DNA of 64,000 nt, taken from contig NC_052147.1 of assembly GCF_902713615.1 (NCBI RefSeq), positions 166,574,410 through 166,638,409 on the forward strand. The letters run 5' to 3'. Shown piece by piece: positions 14,101 to 26,164 of the stretch. The DNA is from Scyliorhinus canicula. Taxonomy: Eukaryota. The number at the start of each line of letters is the position of its first letter. Within the stretch, counting starts at the first letter, position 1. Under the pieces are notes generated by a model. It was not told where the DNA came from. It was given only the letters and a program-made list of their open reading frames with translations, and did no database searches. The position numbers were made by a program, and so were the translations under genes.

Positions 14101-14936
14101 TGATCCAAAACGCTTAAACTCCCTCAGAGGCAGAGGGAGTGATCCATGCAGGATTAAGCTCAATATCCTGGCTGTAATCCCAATGTTGTTATTCTGCTGA
14201 AGTCCTGAGTGCCAGCCATCTCAATGCCAGCCATGTAATAAGGAATAGGGGTTGTCTATTTGGCCCACTCAGCCTGTGCCACTATTCAATAATCTCATGG
14301 CAAAACAATAATATGTATCAGAGTGATAACATGCTTCACTGTGCTGTACTGTGTTCACGGACTCAGCTTTTGTCCAGGCGCACCTGCAGTGTTAAACTCA
14401 AGGGCAGTTGAGCCATTCTCTATGCATTTATCTGTGAGAACAGGGAAATAGTTTTTAAGTGAGAGAATTGCAAGGTGAATTAGAACAGCTGCAAACAGCA
14501 AATACCAATCTCATGAAATAGTTTCTAACACTTTCTTGATTCTCCTTCAGTACCTCCACCTGCACTCAGAGGGCATGAAATTTGGCACAAATTAAGAGGC
14601 CAAAGAAAAGCTGGTTGAAAATGCGACAAGTGTATCAGAGGAAGTGAGCTTCATTCTCTATCTAAACTGTGCTGTAGTTAATCTATAAATGCTGAGGTAA
14701 TGCAGTTAAGTAAGAAGATTGTCCAATCACATCTCACCTGAATGAGAATAAATTCTTCCTTCCATAACTATCACTGATCATTGTGGAGAATATTAGTTGG
14801 ATCTTTTGTTATCAGCAAGACTAAAAGTAATAAACCGTGGTATAATAATTCATATCAATCAAATGTTTTTTTAAATTATCAGACGGCTGTTGACAAGGCA
14901 GCAGTTTTGCAGTGCCATTGCTTAAATGCTTACAAG

Positions 14937-15171
14937 AGGGGCAGCACGGTGGCACAGTGGTTAGCACAGCTGCCTCACGGTGCTGAGGACCCGGGTTCGA
15001 ATCCCGGCCCTGGGTCACTGTCTGTGTGGAATTTGCACATTCTCCCCGTGTCTGCGTGGGTTTCACCCCCACAACCCAAAGATGTGCAGGATAGGTAGAT
15101 TGGCCACTCTAAAATTGCCCCTTAATTGGAAAAAATAATTGGGTACACTAAATTTAAAAAAATAAAAAATA
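14937..15171 (+). mobile_element. Short poly(A)-tailed HE1-like SINE, 13-bp TSD
   Basis: TSD AAATGCTTACAAG (14924-14936) / AAATGCTTACTAG (15172-15184); A-rich tail. Confidence 0.88.
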
Positions 15172-16689
15172 AAATGCTTACTAGCCTGTCAGTTTCACTG
15201 AACAATGATTCCCCGCTACACTCTTGCCTTGTTGACTCTGGTGAGTTCTGCACAGCTCGGAAAATATGTGTACTGCATGTTGAACACAGAATCCTGGGTC
15301 AAAGACGAAATTTGATACAGAAGTCACTCTCTTGGCATCCTGTTTGAATTTACAACATATTTCGGAAGTGAACAGACCACGTTGGGATTATGAAACACCA
15401 GCATGTTGCTGTCCACATTCTGAACCAATTCAGTCTTGGCAGATAACATTATGTAACAACCACAATGCAATTGTTGAAAAAGTAATTCCGAGAGATATAA
15501 AATATAAATGTACATTGTTTGTATGTACCAGTGAAATGGACACTCTGCAACCTATCTCACAGACAGATGTAATAAAAGATTCAGCAAGTATTCCGGCAAT
15601 GTTTTGTTTATGTTTAGGAAGCCAGGAAAATAAATATTTTGATGTAATGAGGATGGCTTACGACAGATGTGTAGAGGATTGGAAGAAATCACATGAATGC
15701 CATCATTTTAAAGACACTGACAGCCCATCACCTGGAGTGGAAGTTTTAAATCATTTACATCTTAGTCACTTCATTTTCACTTTTTGGGTTCCAATTGAGG
15801 TGGTAAGGTACCTTCATGCTTATTCCCTTTATTCCCTCTTTCTTTAATTTTGCCGTTCATATTTTGATCCACAGAAGATTAATGGACATGTATCTTTAAG
15901 GCAAGCAACATGTGTCTTTAGTTCAGTAGAAGAACCTAGAGGTTTAAGGAGAGATCATTTGCTGGTTTAAACTGGAGCTGCAGACATTTAGGCACCAGTG
16001 AGAGATGTGGGTTAGGATTCGGTTTGATTGCTTTGCCGGTGGCCAATGAATTGACCCAAAGGACTGTGCTCTGCATGATTACAGGTGGTGATTGGATATT
16101 ATCCCACTGGTATGCAGTTCAGAGTCCCAGTCCCAAGATTTCAGTTTTGATTTTGGAAGCACAGAGAAAAGATCCAGCTATCTAACTCCAAAGCGCTTCT
16201 GTAGCATTATTTCTGTGTCCAGAAATCCTGTGGGGGAGGTGGGGGGGTGAATTGCTGAAACTACAGAGGCCTGTGTACAAACCACAATTTGAAAGCAATG
16301 TTTGAAGGGAAGTAAGGTGCCTCGCCAGGAAAGTTGTGAGTGCTGCGTTTCTAAAGCACAGAGAACCTGAATGAATGGATCTACTGAAATGACTATTACA
16401 GGCTGCAAACCAAAGGTGTTAATCTGCAAGATTACTGTGAAGAAACGTGAGCGTAACCCATCATCCTAAACAAAGACCATTTTCCATTCTCTTCTGATTT
16501 TCACCCCTTTCCACCCCTCTGTTTATGTCTGTCTTGTGTGTCAGTGTAGAGGGTGGGGGCAAGTTAAAATGGGAATTCAGGAACTAGCTAATGGTTAACC
16601 AGTTGTATTTTCGGCCTCAGCTCCTTGTCGATAACAAGGGGGAGCTGTTTTTAAGTGCTTCCTCACCACTCACTCCAGTCAACATACAA

Positions 16690-16925
16690 GCATGGCAGCA
16701 CGCTGACTTGCTCCTGGCTTTGGTGATGTCGACCTGGCCAAGCTTCTCAACGCTGTGAATGAGAGGCTTGACACCCTGTTCTTCCGAGGAGGTTGGAGGA
16801 CGAGCGGCAGGGTCACCAATGCTGCCTGGCAGGTAGTGGCAGCTGCTCTTAGTTCAGGCAGCAGGACATTCTCCTTCCAATGTCAGAAGAAAACCAACGG
16901 CCCCCACCGAGCTGCAAAGATCCGT
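16690..16925 (+). mobile_element. PIF/Harbinger Myb/SANT-like ORF relic
   Basis: APGFGDVDLAKLLNAVNERLDTLF..AAWQVVAAALSSGS...QCQKKTN; homologous to the 36053-36343 ORF. Confidence 0.65.
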
Positions 16926-17295
16926 TACCACCTCTCTCCTGGCATCAGGTCCACCTGCCTCCCATCAAGTTCTGAAACCCACTCCCCACCGCCCCATCCC
17001 CCCCAACAGAGCACTATGTCTCGCAAAAAAGTGCTTGAAATACCCAGAGAAATTAGATAATCTCCTGTTGACTGCACAAACTTTAGTAAGATGAGCAGAG
17101 GATTGGCACTGGCCCAGTTTTTCTGGAGGATCAGTCCACAGATTTGCTCTGCCCACCGGATACGTTGTACTACTTTGAACAGTTTCTGCCAAGAACTAAA
17201 AATAAGTGTTTTAAACAAGGTGACAGTGTAATGGAGAGTATTTATTATGTTGACAACTCATTCAATAAAGTTAAATCATACATTATAATGAAAAA

Positions 17296-18195
17296 CTAGA
17301 AATCCCTCATGCGTCTGAAAGATCCGATAGTTGAGTTGTAGCCGCCCCAGTCACTGTATCTCTTGTATTCACCGGGTCTCATGAAGTACTGTCGGCCTCT
17401 GTAGTTGGGATGTTCATAGAAGTTCCAGTAACCGTCCATCACATGGCAGGAGTGGATGTCACGGTAACGGAAACGATCATAGACAGATGGACAGTCATCC
17501 ATGAATTCCATCATCTGTCCTCCAAAGTCAGGCCTCTCGTAAATCCTCATCTTGTAGTTTCCACCTCGGTACTGTAATAAAAATAAGATTACATTAATGA
17601 TTAAATAATAAATATACATTTGTTATACATAGGAAAAGAGAAACATTATGAAAGAAGGATTTAATGGAGCCCAGATGATGCATCAACAATGAGAGCAAAG
17701 CTGAGATAGTTTATTAACATTGATTCAATAGGTTGACTATCTTTGAAACTTGTTACAAAGAAGTAGCTCCTATCAAATGTTGAGCACACTGATCATTTTC
17801 TAAGGTTTAGAAATTGGACAGAAAATAAAAATCACCAAAAGCAACTTACATATGGGTAGGTGCGGCATGATCTGATGTTGTCATTGAATCCCATCCAGTG
17901 CTGGTAGTCAGGATATTCTCCCCTGCTCATAACATACTGGTATCCCATGTAATTGGGTTTCTCATACATCACCCACCAGTCACTCTCAACACGGACGGAG
18001 TTACAGCGGCTGAAGTAAGGGGACAGGTCAGCACAGTCACTGCTGCACTCATAGTGCCGACCCTGGAAGTTCCTGTCCTCGTAAAAGATGATCTGTGGAA
18101 AAAGTCACATGTTTCTAAATTAATAACTTGTCAAATTAGGCTATGAAGAATTCCAATTCAATATATAAACTCTGATTTATCCTTGCCTTCCCCAT
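17296..18195 (-). CDS. Gamma-crystallin G1 (shark gamma-S1-like), 175 aa; exons 18195-18187 (MGK), 18092-17850, 17571-17296
   Basis: [35 protein letters not shown]...[37 protein letters not shown]...FRRMRDF*; classic 9+243+276 nt gamma-crystallin exon structure, phase-0 introns, intron 1 GC-AG, intron 2 GT-AG; TATAAATA 18255-18262; AATAAA 17241-17246. Confidence 0.95.
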
Positions 18196-18254
18196 TTTGA
18201 GCTCAGAGTTTTAGCCGAGTAACTGACTATGCTTCACCACTTCACACAGTTTGG

Positions 18255-18356
18255 TATTTATATGTTGGACAGAATTGCCTCCCTGGACTGTACTTTTGTT
18301 ATTTTAATGATTGCAATAGTTTCAACTCAGCACAAAAGCAGCAAAACACATGTCAC
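18255..18356 (-). promoter_or_regulatory. G1 proximal promoter: TATA box, Sox-like AACAAA site, Maf half-site TGCTGAG
   Basis: TATAAATA 18255-18262; ATAACAAAAG ~18293-18302; TTTTGTGCTGAG (TGCTGAG 18326-18332); aligns with the G3/G4 promoter cores. Confidence 0.7.
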
Positions 18357-18840
18357 ATACACTAAATAGAACCATTTTAACGCACCTGTGTATCACTGAA
18401 TGTGTTTTGCCTCTGTCGCATTTTAATTGTTGTATAAAGATGGCAACAATGCATTGGAATCCATTGTGTTTCCGATACTGTACAGTGCTTTCACTGACAT
18501 TCCTGAAGAATTGGCATTACACATTCAACAGGTATGTTTCCAATAGTTCAGCCTCAGTGCTGAAGCTGACTGCAAAACCGATTACAATGCAGATGTACAT
18601 TTTCAGAATAATGTGCTTTATTTACAGCACTCTACATAATGGCTGATGCATAATTATCTGTGTTTTTTGCTTCCAGATTGTATTCCAAAGGTGATAGAAC
18701 CTTCAGCAATACATTTTAATTGTATGGGAATTAGATTTACATTAGATTTAGATTTATTGCCACGTGTATAGAGGTACAGTGAAAAGTATTGTTCTGAGTA
18801 CAGTCCAGGCACATCGCTCCATACATGAAAACATAGAACA

Positions 18841-19067
18841 GGCAGCACGTTGGCACAGTGATCAGCACAGATGTCTCATGGTGCCGAGGTCGCAGATTCG
18901 ATCCCGGTCCTGGGTCACTGTCTGTGTGGAGTTTGCACATTCTCCCCGTGATGGCGTGGTTTTAACCCCACAACCCAAAGATATGCCGGATAGGTGGTTT
19001 GACCATGTGAAATTGCCCCTTAATTGGAAAAAATTAATTGGGTACTCTAAATTTATTTTTAAAAATT
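18841..19067 (+). mobile_element. Short poly(A)-tailed HE1-like SINE, 13-bp TSD
   Basis: TSD AAAACATAGAACA (18828-18840) / AAAACATAAAACA (19068-19080). Confidence 0.85.
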
Positions 19068-19129
19068 AAAACATAAAACATACGATAAATGCATGATGTA
19101 AATACATAAACATAGACATCGGGTGATGC

Positions 19130-20095
19130 AATTTTAAAATTCATTGATAGGATGTGGGAGTCGCTGGTTAGGCCCGGATTTATTGCCCATCCTTAGTTGC
19201 TGGTGGGGAGTTGCCTTCTTGAACCGCTGCGGTACACCCATGTGTTGTTCGGGAGGGAGCTCCAGGATTTTGCCCCAGCGAAAGTGAAGGAATTCCAAGT
19301 CAGGTGGTGAGTTACTTGAAGGGGAACTTCCAGGTGGTGGGGTTCCCAGGTATCTGCTGCTCTTGTCCTTCTAGATAGTATTAGTCGTGGGTTTCGAAGT
19401 TGCTCTTTAAGGAACCCGGTGAGTTATTGCAGTGCATCTTGAAGATGGTTCACAGGGCTGCCACTGTTAGTCTGTGGTGGAGGGTTTGGCTGTGGTGGAA
19501 GGGGGAGCAATCAAGCGGGCTGCTTTGTCCTGGATGATGTTGATCTTCTTGCGTGTTGTTGGATCTTCACTCACCCAGGCAATTGGAGAGTATTCCATCA
19601 CACTCCTGACTTGTGCCTTGTAGATGGTGGACAGGCTTTGGGGGGTTCAGTCGGCAAGTTGTCCGCCGGTGGCTTCCTAGCCTTTGATCTGCTCTGGTTG
19701 CCACAGTATTCATATGGCTAGTCCAGTTCAGTTTCTGATCAATGGTAACCCCCAGGATGTTGATTGAGGGGGATGCAGCGATGGTAATGGCATTGAATGT
19801 TGAGGAGTGATGGTTAAATCCTCTCTTGTAGTAGATGTTCATTGCCTGGCACTTGTGTGGCACGAATGTAACTTGCCACTTGACTTGTCAACCCAAACCT
19901 GCATATTGTCCAGGTCTTGCTGCACTTGAACATGGCCTGCTTCATTATCTGAGGAGTCTCGAATTGTGCTGAACATTGTGCAGTGATCTGCAAACATCCC
20001 CACTTCTCACCTTATAATGAAAGGGAGGTCATTGATGAAGCAGCTGAAGATGGTTGGGGCTAGAACACTACCCTGAGGAATTACTGCAGTGATAC
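19130..20095 (-). mobile_element. Old CR1/L2-group LINE 3' fragment
   Basis: ORF 19567-19863 PHKCQAM..ILGVTIDQKLNWTSHMNTVATRA; degenerate GVVF*PQP..LHQ*P RT segment. Confidence 0.7.
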
Positions 20096-20837
20096 TCACT
20101 ATACGGAGTATAGTGCTACAACTACAGCAAATACAGATTTAGAAAGATCAGTTCAGTACATTAGAGGGCCATTCATGTATTTGATAACAGCGATAAAGAA
20201 GCTGTTTCTGAATCTATTGGTGCATGATATTATGGCTGCAGTGTTGAGGGGTGTTGTTTGTTACAGTCCAGACTCATTTTCATATTTTAACAAGTTCAGT
20301 TTACCTGAAGCCACATTAGAACAATAAACAGAACAGTAGAAAGTCAGGTGACAGAGTGATCAAAGGTATTTTTTAGAATGTTTGTTCTAAAGTGGGAAGC
20401 GAGGAGCTGGATTCTTAACCAAACAAAAATCAGTGAAGGAGGAAAGAGGCTCTGGGTGACTGAAACAGAACATAATTTTGACATAATGACAGATTCCGTT
20501 ACCAGAAGTGACATCCTCAAGCTCAGAAACAGCAATGCGACCGAGAGTTATTGAATCACAAAATGTGGATCATGGCTCATCCCACTCCACCTGCTGTGTT
20601 CTTTGAATGAGTTATCCAATTAGGGACAATCCTCCACAACTTTCCCATAGATTCCAACTTTTTCCTTTTCATCTATAAGTCAATAAAAGAAATCCAATGA
20701 TAAATAAAAAGATAAGTGACAATATTAAAATTAAGAAATTACATACAAAACTAGAATCAAAGCAATGATACGGGTGACTGGGAAAGATACAAGGAAAAGC
20801 AAAGGTGACAAACAGATGAGTTCAAAAAAATAAGTGT

Positions 20838-21000
20838 GGGGCAGCAGAGTGGCACAGTGGTTAGCATTGCTGCCTACGCCGCTGAGGACCTGGTTTCGAA
20901 TCCCGGCTCTGGGTCACTGTCCGTGAGGAGTTTGCACATTCTCCCCGTGTCTGCATGGGCTTCACTGCCATAACCCAAAAGATGTGCAGGATAGGTGGAT
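20838..21000 (+). mobile_element. HE1-like SINE truncated at the 5' end of the large CR1
   Basis: SINE head and core end abruptly at GATAGGTGGAT (21000); remainder not found after the CR1. Confidence 0.75.
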
Positions 21001-21290
21001 CGGTGGTGATAAGGAGCAGCAGCCTTCATATTTCCGCCGGGAGCAGTGGCGAGGGGTCTGTTGGGAAGGTAAGTTTACCTCTTTAAAACTTTAGAAACTT
21101 ACCTTGAAGAGTGTAGCAAAGCAGTGACCTGATTGGCTGGTAAGGAAAGTGCTCCAATTAGCAGCAGCTGGGAGAAATTTAACTCTTCCTGTGCTGGTGA
21201 GTATTGTGATTGGAAAGTAAAATCTTTATTCCTTTCACTTATTAATTATTTGATAGTATATTTTGTAGCCAGTTAAGGTAAAGGGTAAAA

Positions 21291-22238
21291 ATGGCAGGAG
21301 ATCCCAGACCCGTGTTATGCTCCTCGTGCTCAACGTGGGAGTTCAGGGACGCGGCCGATGCCCCTGACTCCTTCATTTCCGGAAAGTGTGTCCAGCTGCA
21401 ACTCCTGTTAGACCGCATGACGGCTCTGGAGCTGCGGATGGACTCACTTTGGAGCATCCGCGATGCTGAGGTGGTCGTGGATAGCACGTTCAGTGAGTTG
21501 GTCACACCGCAGATTAGGATTGGTGAGGGAGACAGGGAATGGGTGACTAAAAGGCAGAGAAAGAGCCGGAAGGTAGTGCAGGTGTCCCCTGCGGTCATCT
21601 CCCTCCAAAACAGGTATACCGTTTTGGATATTGTTGGGGGAGATAACTCACCAGGAGAAGGCAGTAGTAGCCAGGCTCATGGCACCGTGGCTGGCTCTGC
21701 TGTACAGAAGGGCGTGAAAAAGACTGGCAGGGCTATAGTTATAGGGGATTCAATTGTAAGGGGAGTAGACAGGCGTTTCTGTGGTCGAAAACGAGACTCC
21801 CGAATGGTATGTTGTCTCCCGGTTGCACGAGTCAGGGATGTCGCCGATCGGCTGCAGGACATACTGAAGGGGGAGGATGAACAGCCAGTTGTCGTGGTGC
21901 ATATAGGCACCAACGATATAGGTAAAAAACGGGTTGAGGTCTTACAATCAGAATTTAGGGAGTTAGGAGATAAGTTAAAAAGTAGGACCTCCAAGGTAGT
22001 AATCTCAGGATTCCTACCAGTGCCACGTGACAGTCAGATTAGAAATTCAAGAATAGTCAGAATGAATACGTGGCTTGAGAGATGGTGCAGGAGGGAGGGG
22101 TTCAGATATTTGGGACATTGGAACCGGTTCTGGGGGCGGTGGGAACATTACAAACCGGATGGTCTACACCTGGGCAGGACTAGAACCAATGTCCTAGGGG
22201 GTGCTTTTGCTAACACTGTTGGGGAGGTTTTAAACTAA
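21291..22238 (+). CDS. CR1 ORF1p (N-terminal Cys motif plus SGNH/GDSL esterase domain), open 315 aa
   Basis: CSSC...C; IVIGDSIVRG, VVVHIGTND, DGLHL catalytic blocks. Confidence 0.85.
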   Translation: MAGDPRPVLCSSCSTWEFRDAADAPDSFISGKCVQLQLLLDRMTALELRMDSLWSIRDAEVVVDSTFSELVTPQIRIGEGDREWVTKRQRKSRKVVQVSPAVISLQNRYTVLDIVGGDNSPGEGSSSQAHGTVAGSAVQKGVKKTGRAIVIGDSIVRGVDRRFCGRKRDSRMVCCLPVARVRDVADRLQDILKGEDEQPVVVVHIGTNDIGKKRVEVLQSEFRELGDKLKSRTSKVVISGFLPVPRDSQIRNSRIVRMNTWLERWCRREGFRYLGHWNRFWGRWEHYKPDGLHLGRTRTNVLGGAFANTVGEVLN

Positions 22239-22417
22239 TGTGGCAGGGGGATGGGAACCAGAATAGGAAGTTAGAGGTCAGTAAAGAGGCAGCAACTAAA
22301 GCCAGTAAGGTACTAGATAATAAACTCAATGTGACTAAGGGGAAGAGTAGACAGGGAAGAGATGATGAACACAAAGGGTCAGGAGGTCTGAGGTGCATTT
22401 GTTTTAATGCGAGAAGT

Positions 22418-23557
22418 TTGATAAGGTTCCCCACGGTCGGCTATTGCAGAAAATATGGAGGCTGGGGATTGAGGGTGATTTAGAGATGTGGATCAGAAAT
22501 TGGCTAGTTGAAAGAAGACAGAGAGTGGTAGTTGATGGGAAATGTTCAGAATGGAGTTCAGTTACAAGTGGCGTACCACAAGGATCTGTTCTGGGGCCGT
22601 TGCTGTTTGTCATTTTTATAAATGACCTAGAGGAGGGCGCAGAAGGATGGGTGAGTAAATTTGCAGACGACACTAAAGTTGGTGGAGTTGTAGACAGTGT
22701 GGAAGGATGTTGCAGGTTACAGAGGGACATAGATAAGCTGCAGAGCTGGGCTGAGAGGTGGCAAATGGAGTTTAATGTGGAGAAGTGTGAGGTGATTCAC
22801 TTTGGAAAGAATAACAGAAATGCGGAATATTTGGCTAATGGTAAAATTCTTGGTAGTGTGGATGAGCAGAGGGATCTCGGTGTCCATGTACATAGATCCC
22901 TGAAAGTTGCCACCCAGGTTGATAGGGTTGTGAAGAAGGCCTATGGTGTGTTGGCCTTTATTGGTAGAGGGATTGAGTTCCGGAGCCATGAGGTCATGTT
23001 GCAGTTGTACAAAACTCTAGGATGGCCGCATTTGGAGTATTGCGTACAGTTCTGGTCGCCTCATTATAGGAAGGACGTGGAAGCTTTGGAACGGGTGCAG
23101 AGGAGATTTACCAGGATGTTGCCTGGTATGGAGGGAAAATCTTATGAGGAAAGGCTGATGGACTTGAGGTTGTTTTCGTTAGAGAGAAGAAGGTTAAGAG
23201 GTGACTTAATAGAGGTATACAAAATGATCAGAGGGTTAGATAGTGTGGACAGCGAGAGCCTTCTCCCGCGGATGGAGGTGGCTAGCACGAGGGGACATAG
23301 CCTTAAATTGAGGGGTAATAGATATAGGACAGAGGTCAGAGGTGGGTTTTTTACGCAAAGAGTGGTGAGGCCGTGGAATGCCCTACCTGCAACAGTAGTG
23401 AACACGCCAACATTGAGGGCATTTAAAAATTTATTGGATAAGCATATGGATAAGGGCATAGTGTAGGTTAGATGGCCTTTAGATTTTTTCCATGTCGGTG
23501 CAACATCGAGGGCCGAAGGGCCTGTACTGCGCTGTATCGTTCTATGTTCTATGTTCT
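22418..23557 (+). mobile_element. 5'-truncated CR1 nested in the host endonuclease, TSD AAGT
   Basis: RT C-half ORF 22444-23466; (TTCTATG)n tail; AAGT at 22414-22417 and 23558-23561; host CFNARS|VAGKADEL restored on removal. Confidence 0.9.
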
Positions 23558-24110
23558 AAGTGTAGCAGGTAAGGCAGATGAACTTAGGGCTTGGATTAGT
23601 ACCTGGGAATATGATGTTATTGGTATTACTGAGACTTGGTTGAGGGAAGGGCAGGACTGGCAACTGAATATCCCAGGGTATAGATGCTTCAGGAGGGATA
23701 GAGAGGGAGGTAGAAGGGGTGGAGGAGTTGCATTACTAGTCAGAGATGATATCACCGCTGTGATTAAGGAGGACACTTTGGAGGATTCGAGCACTGAGGC
23801 AATATGAGTGGAGCTCAGAAATAGGAAGGGTGCAGTAACATTGTTAGGACTTTACTACAGGCCTCCCAAAAGCGAGCATGAAGTAGAGGTACAAATATGC
23901 AGACAGATTATAGAAAAATGTAAGAGCAATGGGGTGGTTGTGATGGGAGATTTTAACTTTCCCAACATTGAATGGGATTCGTGTAGTGTTGTAGGCGTAG
24001 ATGGAGCAGAGTTTGTAAGGAGCATCCAGGAGAGTTTTTTAGAGCAGTATGTAAATAGTCCAACTTGGGAAGGGGCCATACTGGACCTGGTGTTGGGGAA
24101 TGATCCCGGC

Positions 24111-26164
24111 CATAGAACATAGAACACTATAGCGCAGTACGGGCCCTTCGGCCCTCGATGTTGCGCCGACCTGTGAAACCATCTGAAGCCTATCTGACCT
24201 ACACTATTCCATTTTCATCCATATGTCTATCCAGTGACCACTTAAATGCCCTTAAAGTTGGCGAGTCTACTACTATTGCAGGCAGGGCGTTCCACACCCC
24301 TACTACTCTGAGTAAAGAAACTGCCTCTGACATCTGTCCTATATCTATCACCCCTCAATTTAAAGCTATGTCCCCTCGTGTTGGTCATCACCATCCGAGG
24401 AAAAAGACTCTCACTGTCCACCCTATCTAACCCTCTGACTATCTTATATGTCTCTATTAAGTCACCTCTCAGCCTTCTCCTCTCTAACGAAAACAACCTC
24501 AATTCCCTGAGCCTTTCCTCGTAAGACCTTCCCTCTATACCAGGCAACATCCTAGTAAATCTCCTCTGAACCCTTTCCAAAGCTTCCACATCCTTCCTAT
24601 AATGTGGTGACCAGAACTGCACGCAGTACTCCAGGTGCGGCCGCACCAGAGTTATGTTCAGCTGCAGCATGACCTTGTGGTTCCGAAACTCAATCCCCCT
24701 GCTTATAAAGGCTAGCACACCACCTGCCTTCTTAACAGCCCTATTAACCTGGGTTGCAACTTTCAGGGATTTATGTACCTGGATGCCGAGATCTCTCTGT
24801 TCATCTACACTACCAAGAATCTTGCCATTAGCCCAGTAATCTGCATTCCTGGTACTCCTTCCAAAGTGAACCACCTCACACTTTTCCGCATTAAACTCCA
24901 TCTGCCACCTCTCAGCCCAGCTCTGCAGCTTATCTATGTCCCTCTGTATCCTATAACATCCTTCAGCACTATCTACAACTCCACCGACCTTCGTGTCATC
25001 TGCAAATTTACTAACCCATCCTTCTACACCCTCTTCCAGGTCATTTATAAAAATGACAAACAGCAGTGGCCCCAAAACAGATCCTTGCGGTACACCACTA
25101 GTAACTGAACTCCAGGATGAACATTTGCCATCAACCACCACCCTCTGTCTTCTTTCAGCTAGCCAATTACTGATCCAAACCGCTAAATCACCTTCAATTC
25201 CATACTTCCTTATTTTCTGCAATAGCCTACCGTGGGGAACCTTATCAAACGCCTTACTGAAGTCCATATACACCACATCAACAGCTTTACCCTGATCCAC
25301 CTGTTTGGTCACCTTCTCAAAAAACTCAATAAGGTTTGTGAGACATGACCTACCCTTCACAAAACCGTGTTGAGTATCGCTGATCAACTTGTTCTTTTCA
25401 AGATGATTATAAACCCTATCTCTTATAACCTTTTCCAACATTTTACCCACAACCAAAGTAAGGCTCACAGGTCTATAATTACCAGGGTTGTCTCTACTCC
25501 CCTTCTTGAACAAGGGGACAACATTTGCTATCCTCCAGTCTTCCGGCACTATTCCTGTCGACAAAGACGACATAAAGATCAAGGACAAAGGCTCTGCAAT
25601 CTCCTCCCTGGCTTCCCAGAGAATCCTAGGATAAATCCCATCTGGCCCAGGGGACTTATCTATTTTGACATTTTCTAAAATTGCTAACACCTCCTCCTTT
25701 TGAACCTCAATTCCATCTAGCCTGGTCGACTGAACCTGAGTGTTCTCCTCGACAACATTGTCTTTCTCCAGTGTAAACACGGACGAAAAATATCCATTTA
25801 ATGCTTCCCCTATCTCCTCTGATTCCACACACAATTTTCCACTACTATCCTTGATTGGCCCTAATCTTACTCTAGTCATTCTTTTGTTCCTGATATACCT
25901 ATAGAAAGCCTTAGGGTTTTCCTTGATCCTATCCGCCAACGACTTTTCGTGTCCTCTCCTCGCTCTTCTTAACTCTCCCTTTAGGTCCTTCCTGGCTAAC
26001 TTGTAACTCTCAAGTGCCCTAACTGAGCCTTCATGTCTCATCCTAACATAAGCCTTCTTCTTCCTCTTGACAAGTGCTTCAACATCCTTAGTAAACCACG
26101 GTTCCCTTGCTCGACAACTTCCTCCCTGCCTGACAGGTACATACTTATCAAGGACACGCAGTAG
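24111..26164 (-). mobile_element. 5'-truncated CR1 (same young family as 7633-11900), nested
   Basis: ORF 24242-26224 nearly identical to 8186-10177; tail CATAGAACATAGAAC at 24111. Confidence 0.92.

Noticed and set aside
15332-15847. 171-aa ORF in apparently unique sequence
   Set aside because: No recognisable domain, splice context or codon signal; likely chance.
15850-16610. Possible additional LTR
   Set aside because: LTR-like composition, but no termini or TSD could be defined.
17572-17619. N-terminal extensions of the exon-3 ORFs (MYIYYLII..., MLFPLSQ, MLFLLSQ) as single-exon genes or signal peptides
   Set aside because: They are translated polypyrimidine/acceptor intron sequence.
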